DNA of 64,000 nucleotides from Octopus vulgaris (lineage: Eukaryota), in contig OX597839.1 of NCBI GenBank assembly GCA_951406725.2, positions 2,480,001 through 2,544,000 on the forward strand, written 5' to 3'. Below the pieces are notes generated by a model, which saw only the letters and a program-made list of their open reading frames with translations, was not told where the DNA came from and did no database searches. Below are positions 12,269-21,517 of the stretch, in pieces. How positions within the stretch are numbered: position 1 is the stretch's first letter; each line of letters opens with the position of its first letter. A program made the translations under genes and the position numbers.

Positions 12269-15200
12269 TAATAATAATTGTGAGGTTGTTGATTGAAGAT
12301 AGTGTGTCTATCAGGAGTTTTTACAGTTTGTCAACTCGCAGCAAAGACTTCAGACAGACAGTACTGCGCTCATATTGCATAAAGTCCTGTCTGTCTGAGT
12401 TCCTTGTTGAGACTTGACAAACAGTACAAACCCCCGGTAGACACAATATCTTCAATCAACAACCTCACAATATTGTGTACTGTGTGACGTATATTATAAT
12501 AATAATAATAATAATAATAATAATTATAATAATAATAATAATAATAATGATAGAAAGACCAAAACAATAAAGTTTGCTTATTGATCGACATGAGCATCCC
12601 CTGTGATCATAATATCTCAGCGAAAGAGTTTGACAAGCTCAGAAAATATAAAGACCTGCTCATTGAAATTGAGAAAATGTGGCATCTCAAGGCGGTTACT
12701 ATACCAGTGATCGTAGGAGCACTAGGAATGATCAAGAAAGGAACCGAAAATTATATGAGAATTATCCCTGGCTTACCATCCCTGCAAGAAGTGCAAAAGA
12801 TTGTCTTAACTGGTACATCACACGTATTGAGAAGAGCATTGTCGATGTGAGAACTATTACTACCCATGTATTTTAATTTAACTTTATTTCTATCAAAAAA
12901 AAAAAAAAAATGAACGAACTAGTGAGTTTAGTTTAATGGCCTACCAATGTATACTATGAGTTTCTTTGCCCTAGGAGTTGGGAAGACACTCGGCAAGAAA
13001 TGGAAGCAAATTTGAAAGAAGAAAAAAAAGTAATAATAATAATAATAATAAATGATGATGATGATGAACTCCTTCTTTTCTCTTTATGTATTTTGCAGAA
13101 AACACTTGATTATGATGGCGTTCAAAAGTTAGCTTACCTCAGTCAGTGCGTCTCAGAAACACTAAGATTATATCCCATAGCAAACAGGTATTATTTTATG
13201 TTCCTATAACCTGTGTTAATTCTGTATCCCTTTACAATGGAAGATAAGAAAGTTCATTTTCAGCACTTGATGCTTTTCTTTTTCCGTAAAGGGAAAAATG
13301 TCTCACAAGCAACCAAAGAAATATGCGCAGTTTACAGTGATGTTTCTTTATCCGAAAGAACTGTATGGAAGTGGTTTGCAAAGTTCTGAGCTGGAGATTG
13401 TAGCATTATTGATAAAGAGTGATCAGGCAGACCATCCACTACAGATGATGGCCAAATCAAGTCAATAATCGAGAATATATATATATATTCTCAGGCGCAG
13501 GAGTGGCTGTGTGGTAAGTAGTTTGTTTACCGACCACATGGTTCCAGGTTCAGTCCCACTGAGTGGCACCTTCGGCAAGTGTCTTCTACTATAGCCTTGG
13601 GCTGACCAAAGCCTTGTGAGTGGATTTGGTAGACGGAAACTGAAAGAAGCCCGTCGTATATATGTATATATATATATATGCGTGTGTGTGTTTGTGTGTC
13701 TGTGTTTGTCCCCCTAGCATTGCTTGACAACCGATGCTGGTGTGTTTATGTCCCCGTTACTTAGCGGTTCGGCAAAAGAGACCGATAGAATAAGTACTGG
13801 GCTTACAAAAGAATAAGTCCCGGGGTCGAGCTGCTCGATTAAAGGCGGTGCTCCAGCATGGCCGCAGTCAAATGACTGAAACAAGTAAAAGAGTAAAAGA
13901 GTAAAGAGTATATGGAGAGAGAGAGAGAGAGTTTCAGAAAAAGAAATCAGCCAACTAACACACACACACATTACAAATACAATCTGTAAGTGGAACAATA
14001 AAAATATGCAAAATTTTTCTCAAGTTCACAATGTAGCATTGATGTCGTTAACTGCATTCCAGCAATGCAGCTTCATATTTTTGTAACAAACACTTGTGTT
14101 GTCCCTTGCCACCACTTGACAATTAATTAGTGTGTTGATGTCCCAGTAACTTTGCAGTTCATCAAAAGCAGACAGATAAAATAAGTACCAGGCTTAAAGC
14201 AAAAAAAAAAAATACTGGAATTGATTTGATTGAATCAAGTGGAAGTTGATTCATGTTGGCACCTCAACTTCAAGGCAGTGCCCCATCATTGCCACAGTCT
14301 AATTCCTGAAACAAGTAAGATGTAAAACTTTTTTGTATTTTGCAGTATTCTGAGAAAAAGTAAGAAGCAAATCACCATAAAAAATTGGACAATTCCTGCA
14401 AAAATCGGCATTAATATTCCAGTTTATGCTCTGCACCATAATCCGAAATATTGGCCTGATCCTGAAAAATTTGATCCTGACAGGTAAATTATAATTGTCT
14501 CCTTTGAGAAGTGTTTGTGTGTATGTATATATTTGTATGTGAGAGTGCATGGTCTAGTGGTTAGTGTGTTGCCCTCATGATCATGAGATTGCAGTTTCAA
14601 TTCACGGACTGGTTGGTGTGTTATGGTCTTGAGCCAAACTCTTCATCTTGTGTTGCTCTGCAATAACTCTGACGATACCTGATGTATGGAACACCATGCA
14701 CCTGTTTAAGCAATATCAATTCGATGGAGGGAGTCCCCTAATGTACAACACATACATTTGATCAGTATAAACAAATCATTTATGCAAAGGTTTGTTCGAC
14801 AAGAAATTGCAGAACCAGCTTCCTAGGACTACAAGAGACTACTATTCTTTTATTCTTTTATTCTTTTACTTGTTTCAGTCATTTGACTGCGGCCATGCTG
14901 GAGCACCACCTTTTTAGTCAAGCAAATCGACCCCAGGACTTATTCTTTGTAAGCCTAGTACTTATTCTATCGGTCACTTTTTGCCGAACCGCTGGGTTAC
15001 GGGGACGTAAACACACCAGCATCGCATGTCAAATGATGTTCGGGGCGACAAATGCAGACAGACACACACACACACACATATACATAATGCGACAGGCTTC
15101 TTTCAGTTTCCGTCTACCAAATCCACTCACAAGGCTTTGGTCGGCCCGAAGCTATAGCAGAAGACACTTGCCCAAGGTGCCATGCAGTGGTACTGAACCC

Positions 15201-17338
15201 GGAACCATGTGGTTGGTAAGCAAGCTACTTACCACACAGCCACTCCTGCGCCTATCATCATATTATATGTGTATGCGTGTGATGTATGTATGTATGTATA
15301 TTCATATGTATAAATATAGGTATGTATGTTGGAAATTGTGTAGATAAACAAATTGAATATATTAAGTATAACAGCTTTGGTATGAAATACAAAATATGTA
15401 TATAGGTATCCATGCAAAAGGTGAAGGTTTTCAGATGATGAATATTTAAGCATTAATATATAGATATTTATATTAACCCTTTCGATACCAACCCGGCTAA
15501 AACTGCCTCTGGCTCTTTAGTACAAATGTCTTGTTTTCATATGTTCTGAATGAAAATCTTCCACCAAACCTTAGCCACAAATTATGTTCCTAACACAAAC
15601 TTAATGATAACTAAGTTATTTTATTAAATTCTTTGTTATATTTGAAATTAAGTGAAAGAAACACAAAGCATCTCAAAATAAATACAGTAACACAAAGGTT
15701 AATAGATCCAACTTATACAGAGTCTAAGCGACAGAGAAAATTAAAAGGAACAAAGAAAGGTGTTGTAAGTCCAACAGCTATTTCTGGGGGTTCAGAGATC
15801 CATCATAATGTTAGTAGATGTAGTTTATCACAATATGCAACCATAATGGAAGCAATCAACATTGGATAAGATGAGCCTCCATCATCAGGGTAGAAAAGAT
15901 GTTGCATTTCAGAGTCATAATGCAGAGAAGTTCAAAGGTGGAATGTTGATTGCTTCCATTACAACTGCATCTACCAACATTATAGAGAAATAAATAGAAA
16001 AGTGCCATAATTATCATGTGAAATTCGTTGAACGATATTTTGGCTTCTAGCGTGCCTTCCACAAGTTCAAAAATTACAAGTCAGTCTTCTTCATTTTTTT
16101 TTTGTTAAGATTATATAGGACTGAGGTAACTCCTCCAGAAGTTATAGAGGAATAACCAGTTTCACATGATAACCATGGTGCTCTCTTCTATTTATTTCTC
16201 AGTCCTATATAATCTAAACAAAAAAAAAACGAAGTAGACTGACATGTAATTTTTTAACCTGTGGAAGGCACGCTAGATGCTGAAATATCGTTCAACCAAT
16301 TTCACATGATAAGTATGGCACTCTTCTATTTATTTCTCTATTATTATTATTATTATTATTATTGTTATGTTTTTTTTCTTCAAATTTTCTTCCGTTTCTC
16401 GCCGAGTGTTTTCCATACACCTAGGGCAGAGAAGCTCAATGTATGCATTCCCAGATTACATGTGCAAATTCACAGACAAAATATGTATTTAAAAATTAAT
16501 AAAATAAATTCATGGATGGATGTTGTTTTCACTATTATTATTATTATTATTGCTATGTTTTTTTTCTTCAAATTTTCTTCCGTTTCTCGCTGAGTGTTTT
16601 CCATACACCTAGGGCAGAGAAGCTCATTGTATGCATTCCCAGATTACATATGCAAATTCACAGACAAAATATGTATTTAAAAATTAATAAAATAAATTCA
16701 TGGATGGATGTTGTTTTCACTATTATTATTATTATTAAGGCATTGATCTTGCTGCATCATTAGCACACCAGACAAAATGCTAAGTGGCATTACATTCCAT
16801 GTTCAAATTCCACCAAGGTTAACTTTGCTTCTCATTCTTTTGGGGAGTCAATAAAATAAGTACCAGTTACGCACTGGGGTCAGTGCAATCAACTTATCTC
16901 CTGCTCCAAAATTGCTGTTCTTGCCCCAAAATTTGAAGACAATATGGTGACAATGACAATATTGGTGATGATGATGATGATTTATATGTATGATTTTTTT
17001 TTCTCTCACTCTCTTGAATTTCTTTTTACAGATTTTCAGAGGAGGCCCAGAAGACACATACCAAGTTTGCATACTTGCCCTTTGGCGCTGGACCCAGGAT
17101 TTGCATTGGCATGAGGTTGGGATTGATGGAAATCAAATTTGCAATGGCTGAGATTCTCACCAAATATAAATTTGTACCAACTGAGAAAACTGAGGTAATT
17201 AAATAATTAATTAATTGATTAAATTAATTGAATAATCTGCTACAGTTGCTACTACTGCTGTTGCTACCACTTCCACCAGTAATACTATTACCACCACCAC
17301 CACCACCACCACCATTACTACTACTTCTATTACTACTT

Positions 17339-17372
<34 letters not shown>

Positions 17373-17427
17373 CACCATTACTACTACTTCTATTACTACT
17401 TCTACTACTACTACACCACTACTACTA

Positions 17428-17462
<35 letters not shown>

Positions 17463-17572
17463 GTCTTTTACCCTGTTTCTTTCTTTGTTACTTTCAGAAC
17501 CCAATTATCCTTAACAATCAGTCTCTTCTCTCTGCAAAGAATGGAATCTGGCTTAAACTTGAGATACGTTGA
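2205..17572 (+). CDS. Cytochrome P450, CYP3 clan (CYP3A-like); 5'-partial gene, 11 coding exons in window
   Basis: Exons 2205-2301, 2999-3115, 3837-3925, 6083-6231, 7237-7358, 10002-10179, 10581-10738, 13099-13187, 14346-14483, 17032-17194, 17498-17572 join in one frame with GT-AG ends. Motifs: WKYLR (WxxxR), AGYETT (I helix), ETLR (ExxR), PEKFDPDRF (PERF), [10 protein letters not shown] (heme Cys). N-terminal exons are not in the window. Confidence 0.95.
2999..3115 (+). CDS. CYP3-like exon (C helix, [21 protein letters not shown])
   Basis: tttcag| ... |gtatat; 117 nt, phase 0-0. Confidence 0.92.
3837..3925 (+). CDS. CYP3-like exon ([29 protein letters not shown])
   Basis: caag| ... |gtgagt; 89 nt. 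Confidence 0.88.
4881..5449 (+). mobile_element. Internally deleted Tc1/mariner element
   Basis: TIRs CAGGGTGTCCCAAAAGTCA / TGACTTTTGGGACACCGTG, TA TSDs, transposase motif [16 protein letters not shown]. Confidence 0.88.
6083..6231 (+). CDS. CYP3-like exon ([33 protein letters not shown]...)
   Basis: ttccag| ... |gttagc; 149 nt; E-helix motif YTMDVIA..AFG. Confidence 0.92.
7237..7358 (+). CDS. CYP3-like exon (F-G region, [40 protein letters not shown])
   Basis: ttgtag| ... |gtaaag; phases match both neighbours. Confidence 0.82.
7432..7734 (-). mobile_element. hAT transposase remnant
   Basis: [21 protein letters not shown] motif; adjacent 33-bp tandem duplication at 7388-7455. Confidence 0.7.
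8020..8455 (+). mobile_element. piggyBac (PGBD4-like) transposase remnant, frameshifted
   Basis: [42 protein letters not shown] motifs. Confidence 0.8.
8702..8960 (+). mobile_element. CR1/L2-type LINE 3' end
   Basis: LFNILP...[20 protein letters not shown], followed by a tail resembling the SINE-A tail. Confidence 0.7.
9170..9614. mobile_element. Foldback element: inverted hammerhead-bearing arms around a tRNA-like head
   Basis: Arms ~9170-9345 and ~9450-9614 are near-perfect reverse complements; HHR-like motifs at 9217-9262(-) and 9525-9567(+). Confidence 0.75.
9368..9442 (-). promoter_or_regulatory. tRNA-derived Pol III head (A and B box)
   Basis: A box TGGCATGGTGG (9425-9435) and B box GTTCGATTCC (9381-9390) at tRNA-like spacing; the cloverleaf is imperfect. 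Confidence 0.7.
10002..10179 (+). CDS. CYP3-like exon ([11 protein letters not shown] plus long low-complexity loop)
   Basis: taatag| ... |gtaagt; DLLQLMID motif. Confidence 0.88.
10581..10738 (+). CDS. CYP3-like exon (I helix, [14 protein letters not shown])
   Basis: tgttag| ... |gtcagt. Confidence 0.95.
10940..11720 (+). mobile_element. Degenerate R4/Dong-like restriction-endonuclease LINE fragment, interrupted by an RTE-like RT fragment (11140-11440, -)
   Basis: [14 protein letters not shown]...[12 protein letters not shown] on +; SKAFDSI and VLQGDMLAP on -. Confidence 0.65.
12277..12471. repeat. Imperfect ~195-bp palindrome between (TAA)n tracts
   Basis: ATTGTGAGGTTGTTGATTGAAGATA... 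pairs with ...TATCTTCAATCAACAACCTCACAAT; short central loop. Confidence 0.85.
12549..13030 (+). mobile_element. 5'-truncated R4/Dong-like non-LTR retrotransposon inserted in (TAA)n
   Basis: IDMSIPCD...[18 protein letters not shown]...[12 protein letters not shown] motif, 3' UTR, TAA tracts on both sides. Confidence 0.85.
13099..13187 (+). CDS. CYP3-like exon (K helix, SETLRLYP)
   Basis: ttgcag| ... |gtatta. Confidence 0.93.
13238..13475 (+). mobile_element. mariner transposase N-terminal remnant
   Basis: [15 protein letters not shown]...ICAVY...SERTV.KWFAKF*AG...SGRP, with stops. Confidence 0.8.
13494..13910 (+). mobile_element. tRNA-derived SINE family A (~400 bp)
   Basis: Head GGCGCAGGAGTGGCTGTGTGGTAAG...GGTTCAGTCCC; tail GGTGCTCCAGCATGGCCGCAGTCAAATGACTGAAACAAG(TAAAAGAG)n. 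Other + copies at ~29641, 34711, 37488, 41714, 47757, 48451, 58069. Confidence 0.9.
14346..14483 (+). CDS. CYP3-like exon ([22 protein letters not shown])
   Basis: ttgcag| ... |gtaaat; 138 nt, phase 2-2. Confidence 0.93.
14843..15252 (-). mobile_element. SINE family A, - strand
   Basis: Reverse complement of the 13494 copy; other - copies at ~30040-30370 and ~31789-32170. Confidence 0.9.
15473..15702. mobile_element. piggyBac-type MITE (second copy inverted at 39444-39661)
   Basis: TTAA-CCCTTTCG...AAGG-TTAA ends; the two copies are homologous. Confidence 0.8.
15983..16340. mobile_element. Foldback (Penelope pLTR-like) element with hammerhead-like motif in each arm
   Basis: Arms 15983-16125 and 16198-16340 are inverted; the loop repeats the terminal ~40 bp; motifs at 16028-16070(-) and 16253-16295(+). 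Confidence 0.7.
16363..16720 (-). mobile_element. Two tandem 3'-end copies of the Dong-like element, separated by (TAA)n
   Basis: Reverse complement GCCCTAGGTGTATGGAAAACACTCGGCGAGAAACGGAAG matches the 3' UTR at ~12968-13020. Confidence 0.75.
17032..17194 (+). CDS. CYP3-like exon (heme-binding [15 protein letters not shown])
   Basis: ttacag| ... |gtaatt; 163 nt. Confidence 0.96.
17498..17572 (+). CDS. CYP3-like last coding exon ([24 protein letters not shown])
   Basis: tttcag| ... TGA; typical P450 C-terminus NGIWLKL..R. Confidence 0.88.
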   Translation, partial: NPIILNNQSLLSAKNGIWLKLEIR

Positions 17573-18222
17573 ATTTACCCCCACCACCAACAACAACCAG
17601 CATGACCACCACTACCACCACCACCACTGCTCTGAAATGTAGAGTGCTTGTGCATGGTTGCTGGACATGCTAAAAATAGCAGTCAAATTTCCTTGAAATT
17701 AACACCCAGTGATTCGCTTTAAAAATATAAGGTGGGATGGTAATTTTGAAAACAATCAGAAATTTATTGAAATTTGGAATTTTATAGGAAAGTTTTAATT
17801 TAGATCACTTCAAAACGGAATTTGTATCCTAGGAGTAGGGATAGTCTCTAGTGGGTTGGCATCAAAGGAATTAAGGTGCTGGCATGGCCAAATTGGTAGC
17901 TCATCAGGGGATAAAATAACTTGTGGAAATTTAAATATCTTTTTTCACATTCAGTGTTCAAATTTCACTGAGGGCAAATTTCTTTTTTAATTCCCCCAGG
18001 GTTAAAAGATATGACATATCAATAAAATCAGACTGACTTTTTCTTTCCTCCAGCAATTTTGTGCCTTATATCAGAAAACATGAAATTACAAAATTATAAA
18101 TTGTATAACCTTAATATAAGACAGATATAATATGTAATATAAATGAATATTGTGAATATTAACACTGGAAACAAAAGTCATTTCTGTGATTTCTTGTTTT
18201 CCAGAAACAAAATAATTTCTGA

Positions 18223-18228
18223 AATAAA
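18223..18228 (+). terminator. Candidate poly(A) signal of the CYP gene
   Basis: AATAAA followed by a T/GT-rich tract about 650 nt after the stop; an alternative AATAAA lies at 18021. Confidence 0.35.
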
Positions 18229-18885
18229 CAGATTTATATATTTTATTGTATTCAACTTTATTTTTGTTTTTAAGAACAGACATGGCTGTAAGGTTAGGGA
18301 TATTGCTTCCCAACCACAATATCATTACAGAGGCAGGATTTTTAGTCTCAAGCATAGTGAGGACGCCAGAAGGGTTGTATGTAATAAAGGGCCTTTCAGG
18401 AGGTGGGGTGGGCGATAATAATTCACCGTTCTATAAGACCCTGTGGCGGGAATATTTAAATTTCTGTGGCTGTCAACACTTTCTCTCTGTAGATACAGAC
18501 AGACGTACAGTGAGAGAGGTTGTGGTAGAAAGAGTGACAGAGAGACGAAGCTGTCAAATGTCGTTATAGAGAGAAAGTTGAGGGAAGGAAGGAAAGTGAG
18601 AGATCGAGGAAGACAGGGTGATATCCGAAAGAGAGAAACAACAAACACTTGTCAAATTCTGCGTTTTGTTGCTCTAGTAACCACAGCTTTTGAGAAATGG
18701 GTTTCTAACCTAGTCCAGTCACTTCCTTGCCTCTTTTTACATGTCCCTGTAAATTTTGGCGCCAATCCGACCCCATCTACCAGCCCTTAAACCGTTCCCA
18801 TCCCAAAATGAGACAAACAAATTTTTTGCATTTCAGCTTTATATATATATGAAAATATTTAGAGCAAAAAATTTAGAGAAATCTT

Positions 18886-19279
18886 CTACCGACGGTTCCT
18901 AGCTGAAAGTTTTGGTTTTCTTTCGGAGTTTTGTTTCGCCGAGGAGGTTTTTCCCTCTTTTTCAAAGGCTGTCATTACTTTCAAGATAGTACTTCTTGAT
19001 ACACCAAACATTTCAGCTGTTTTCGTTACGCTACTGCCTGCCATACGTGCACCAACAATTTGACCTCTTTGAAAGTCCAATAGATCTGTCGTTTTAATGA
19101 ATTTTAATTACCTTTTTCTGATGATATCTGAAAACAAACAGCAATTTTAGCAAAACATATTAAGCAACACAAGTAATAAATCAAAAAACAAAAATAAACA
19201 AGCTTTTGACGGTTTTATAGATATTTCAAAATTATGATGCTATGATGCTAGGTTTTTCCATTATTTTGTCCAACCCCTG
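18886..19279 (-). mobile_element. Tc1 element 5' part (TIR plus HTH)
   Basis: DFQRGQIVGARMAG.SVTKTA...VSRST; end CAGGGGTTGGACAAAATAATGGAAA next to TA. Confidence 0.8.
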
Positions 19280-19699
19280 TATATATATATAGTGTGCAGA
19301 AAAAGCTCACTTGGAAAAGGTGATGGTTTTTATAAGTTGTGATCAATGAAAATATTCTCTGAGTCATTAACAATTGAGGATGTTATATACTATGAAAAAC
19401 ACAGAAGCAGCTGAAATTCAAGAGTAAAAAATAAAATTATTTGCATTTCCATTATGAGTTTGATAAACAATGTATTGTTGATTTATTTATATTCACTTAG
19501 TGAGACAAATATATATATAAATGATATAGAATTCTCATTCAAATTATTGATGAGTTGTTCTTTTTTGAAATTTTAGCAAATGGGTGTAATTATTGAACGA
19601 ACAAAATTCAATACCACTTGCAACTTAGGGTTTATGTATATTCATATAAATATATGCACGTAAATAAGCATGTAAAAATATGTATTATACATAAATATA

Positions 19700-19930
19700 T
19701 TTCTTTACTACCCACAAGGGGCTAAACACAGAGGAGACAAACAAGAACAGACAAACGGATTAAGTCGATTACATCGACCCCAGTGTGTAACTGGTACTTA
19801 ATTTATCGACCCCGAAAGAATGAAAGGCAAAGTTGACCTCGGCGGAATTTGAACTCAGAATGTAACGGCAGACGAAATACGGCTACACATTTCGCCTGGC
19901 GTGCTAACGTTTCTGCCAGCTCGCCGCCCT
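19700..19930 (-). mobile_element. tRNA-derived SINE family C with Nin/Deu-like domain
   Basis: GGCGGCGAGCTGGCAGAA head; GCCTTTCAT.CTTTCGGGGTCGATAAATTAAGTACC core; copies at ~28318-28675, 30690, 43390-43880, 58840, 60915. Confidence 0.8.
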
Positions 19931-20089
19931 ATATATTGTACATATATATGACTTGTTAGTGAGATTTGTTTTTTTAACTGGGAAAAAGTAATGTGGACAC
20001 AAGATGGTTTGTCCCCCATTCCTGAAAAAGTGGGGTGAACTTGTCCACTGGTACGCCTCCTGAAAGGTTCAATATTGCATGCAACCCGT

Positions 20090-20718
20090 CTGACATCCTC
20101 ACTATGTTTGAGACTAAAAATCCTGCCTCTGTAATGATATTTGGAGCCGTGGCGAGCGATGGAAGTGTCATGGATCCCCACTTCATTCAGTCTGGCTTGA
20201 AGATCGACACAAAGGCATATCTGGACATCCTGTAGAACTTTCCGTACCTTGGATGGAGCAGAAGTCTGGGTTTCACAATGTGGTGCTTATCCAGGATTCT
20301 GCACCATGCCATGGGTCAAAAGCAACACAGGCCTTCCGTGATGAGAAGGTGCCATTTTTTTATGTGGACCAACATCTGGCCCAGTAATAGCTCAGATCTC
20401 TCAGCCTTCTCGATTACTTTTTATGGGGCGTATTTCAAGCAAGGACCAATGCTCCACCACACTTGAGTGTCAACAGTCTGAAGATCTGCATCGTACGTGC
20501 GACACGTAAAATCAAAATGGCAGAGGTTGCGGCAGCTTAAAAATAAATTCCGCCCTCGTGTGGGGGCAGAAATAACCTATAAGGATGGTTATATTGAGTA
20601 TTAAATATTTACGTTGTAATAAATGTTACATTAAATTATATGTCTACTACAATTATTTAGTATTTATAACCAGTTTTATGCTTCATAAAAATTGTCTCAG
20701 TTTCTTTGCAAAACCCTG
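20090..20718 (+). mobile_element. Tc1/mariner-superfamily transposase remnant (related piece at ~18290-18445, -)
   Basis: TKNPASVMIFGAVASDG, QDSAPCH, IWPSNSSDL; ends AAAACCCTG-TA. Confidence 0.75.
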
Positions 20719-20906
20719 TATGTATATATATATATCATCATCATCATCATCGTTTAACGTCCGTTTTCCGCGCTAGCACGGGTTGGATGGTTTGACCGGG
20801 GTCTGGGGAGCCAGGGGCTGCCCCAGGCTCCAGTCTGATCTGGCAGTGTTTCTACAGCTGGATGCCCTTCCTAACGCCAACCACTCCGCGAGTGTAGTGG
20901 GTGCTT

Positions 20907-20946
<40 letters not shown>

Positions 20947-21255
20947 CGCGTATCTATGTATGTGTGAGGAACACGTACAGATGCGCTTGTTTACATACAC
21001 ACACATACGTACGTACCTATGTATGTATGTACATACGCATGAATGTATGTATATATGTATGTATACATGTGTATGAATCTATGTATGAGAAAGAATTACA
21101 CAGTACAAATGCACTTGTCTAGACATGCAACTATATGTAGTAGTACACACTCTAAACGAAATACAAATTTGCACATGCACTGACTCGAAATACACGCGCG
21201 CGCGCATCTGTCTTGTTGGTGTTGTTGAAATTCCAATGAAGGAACCTTAGATATA

Positions 21256-21517
21256 CATGGGCCCGGGAACAGGGAGTGCAGGTGGTGCAAGTGCACCCCC
21301 TAGAATTTTTGTGGAGTGCAGAACCAAAATTTGCAGCCCTACTTATTTTCCTCGGGTTTAGAAAACGGTAAATAAAAAGTGATGTGTAAAAGGTAGCTTG
21401 AAGTTAGGTTCCTTCTCAAAGAACAAAACACAAAAATAACAAAAAAAAGACCTTGTTTGTAAATAATTTTGAACCTGGGTTTGCACCCCCTAAGCAAATT
21501 TCATTCCAGACCCAGTG
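21256..21517. mobile_element. hAT-type MITE
   Basis: 8-bp TSD TAGATATA on both sides; CA...TG ends; internal GCACCCC repeats. Confidence 0.7.
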
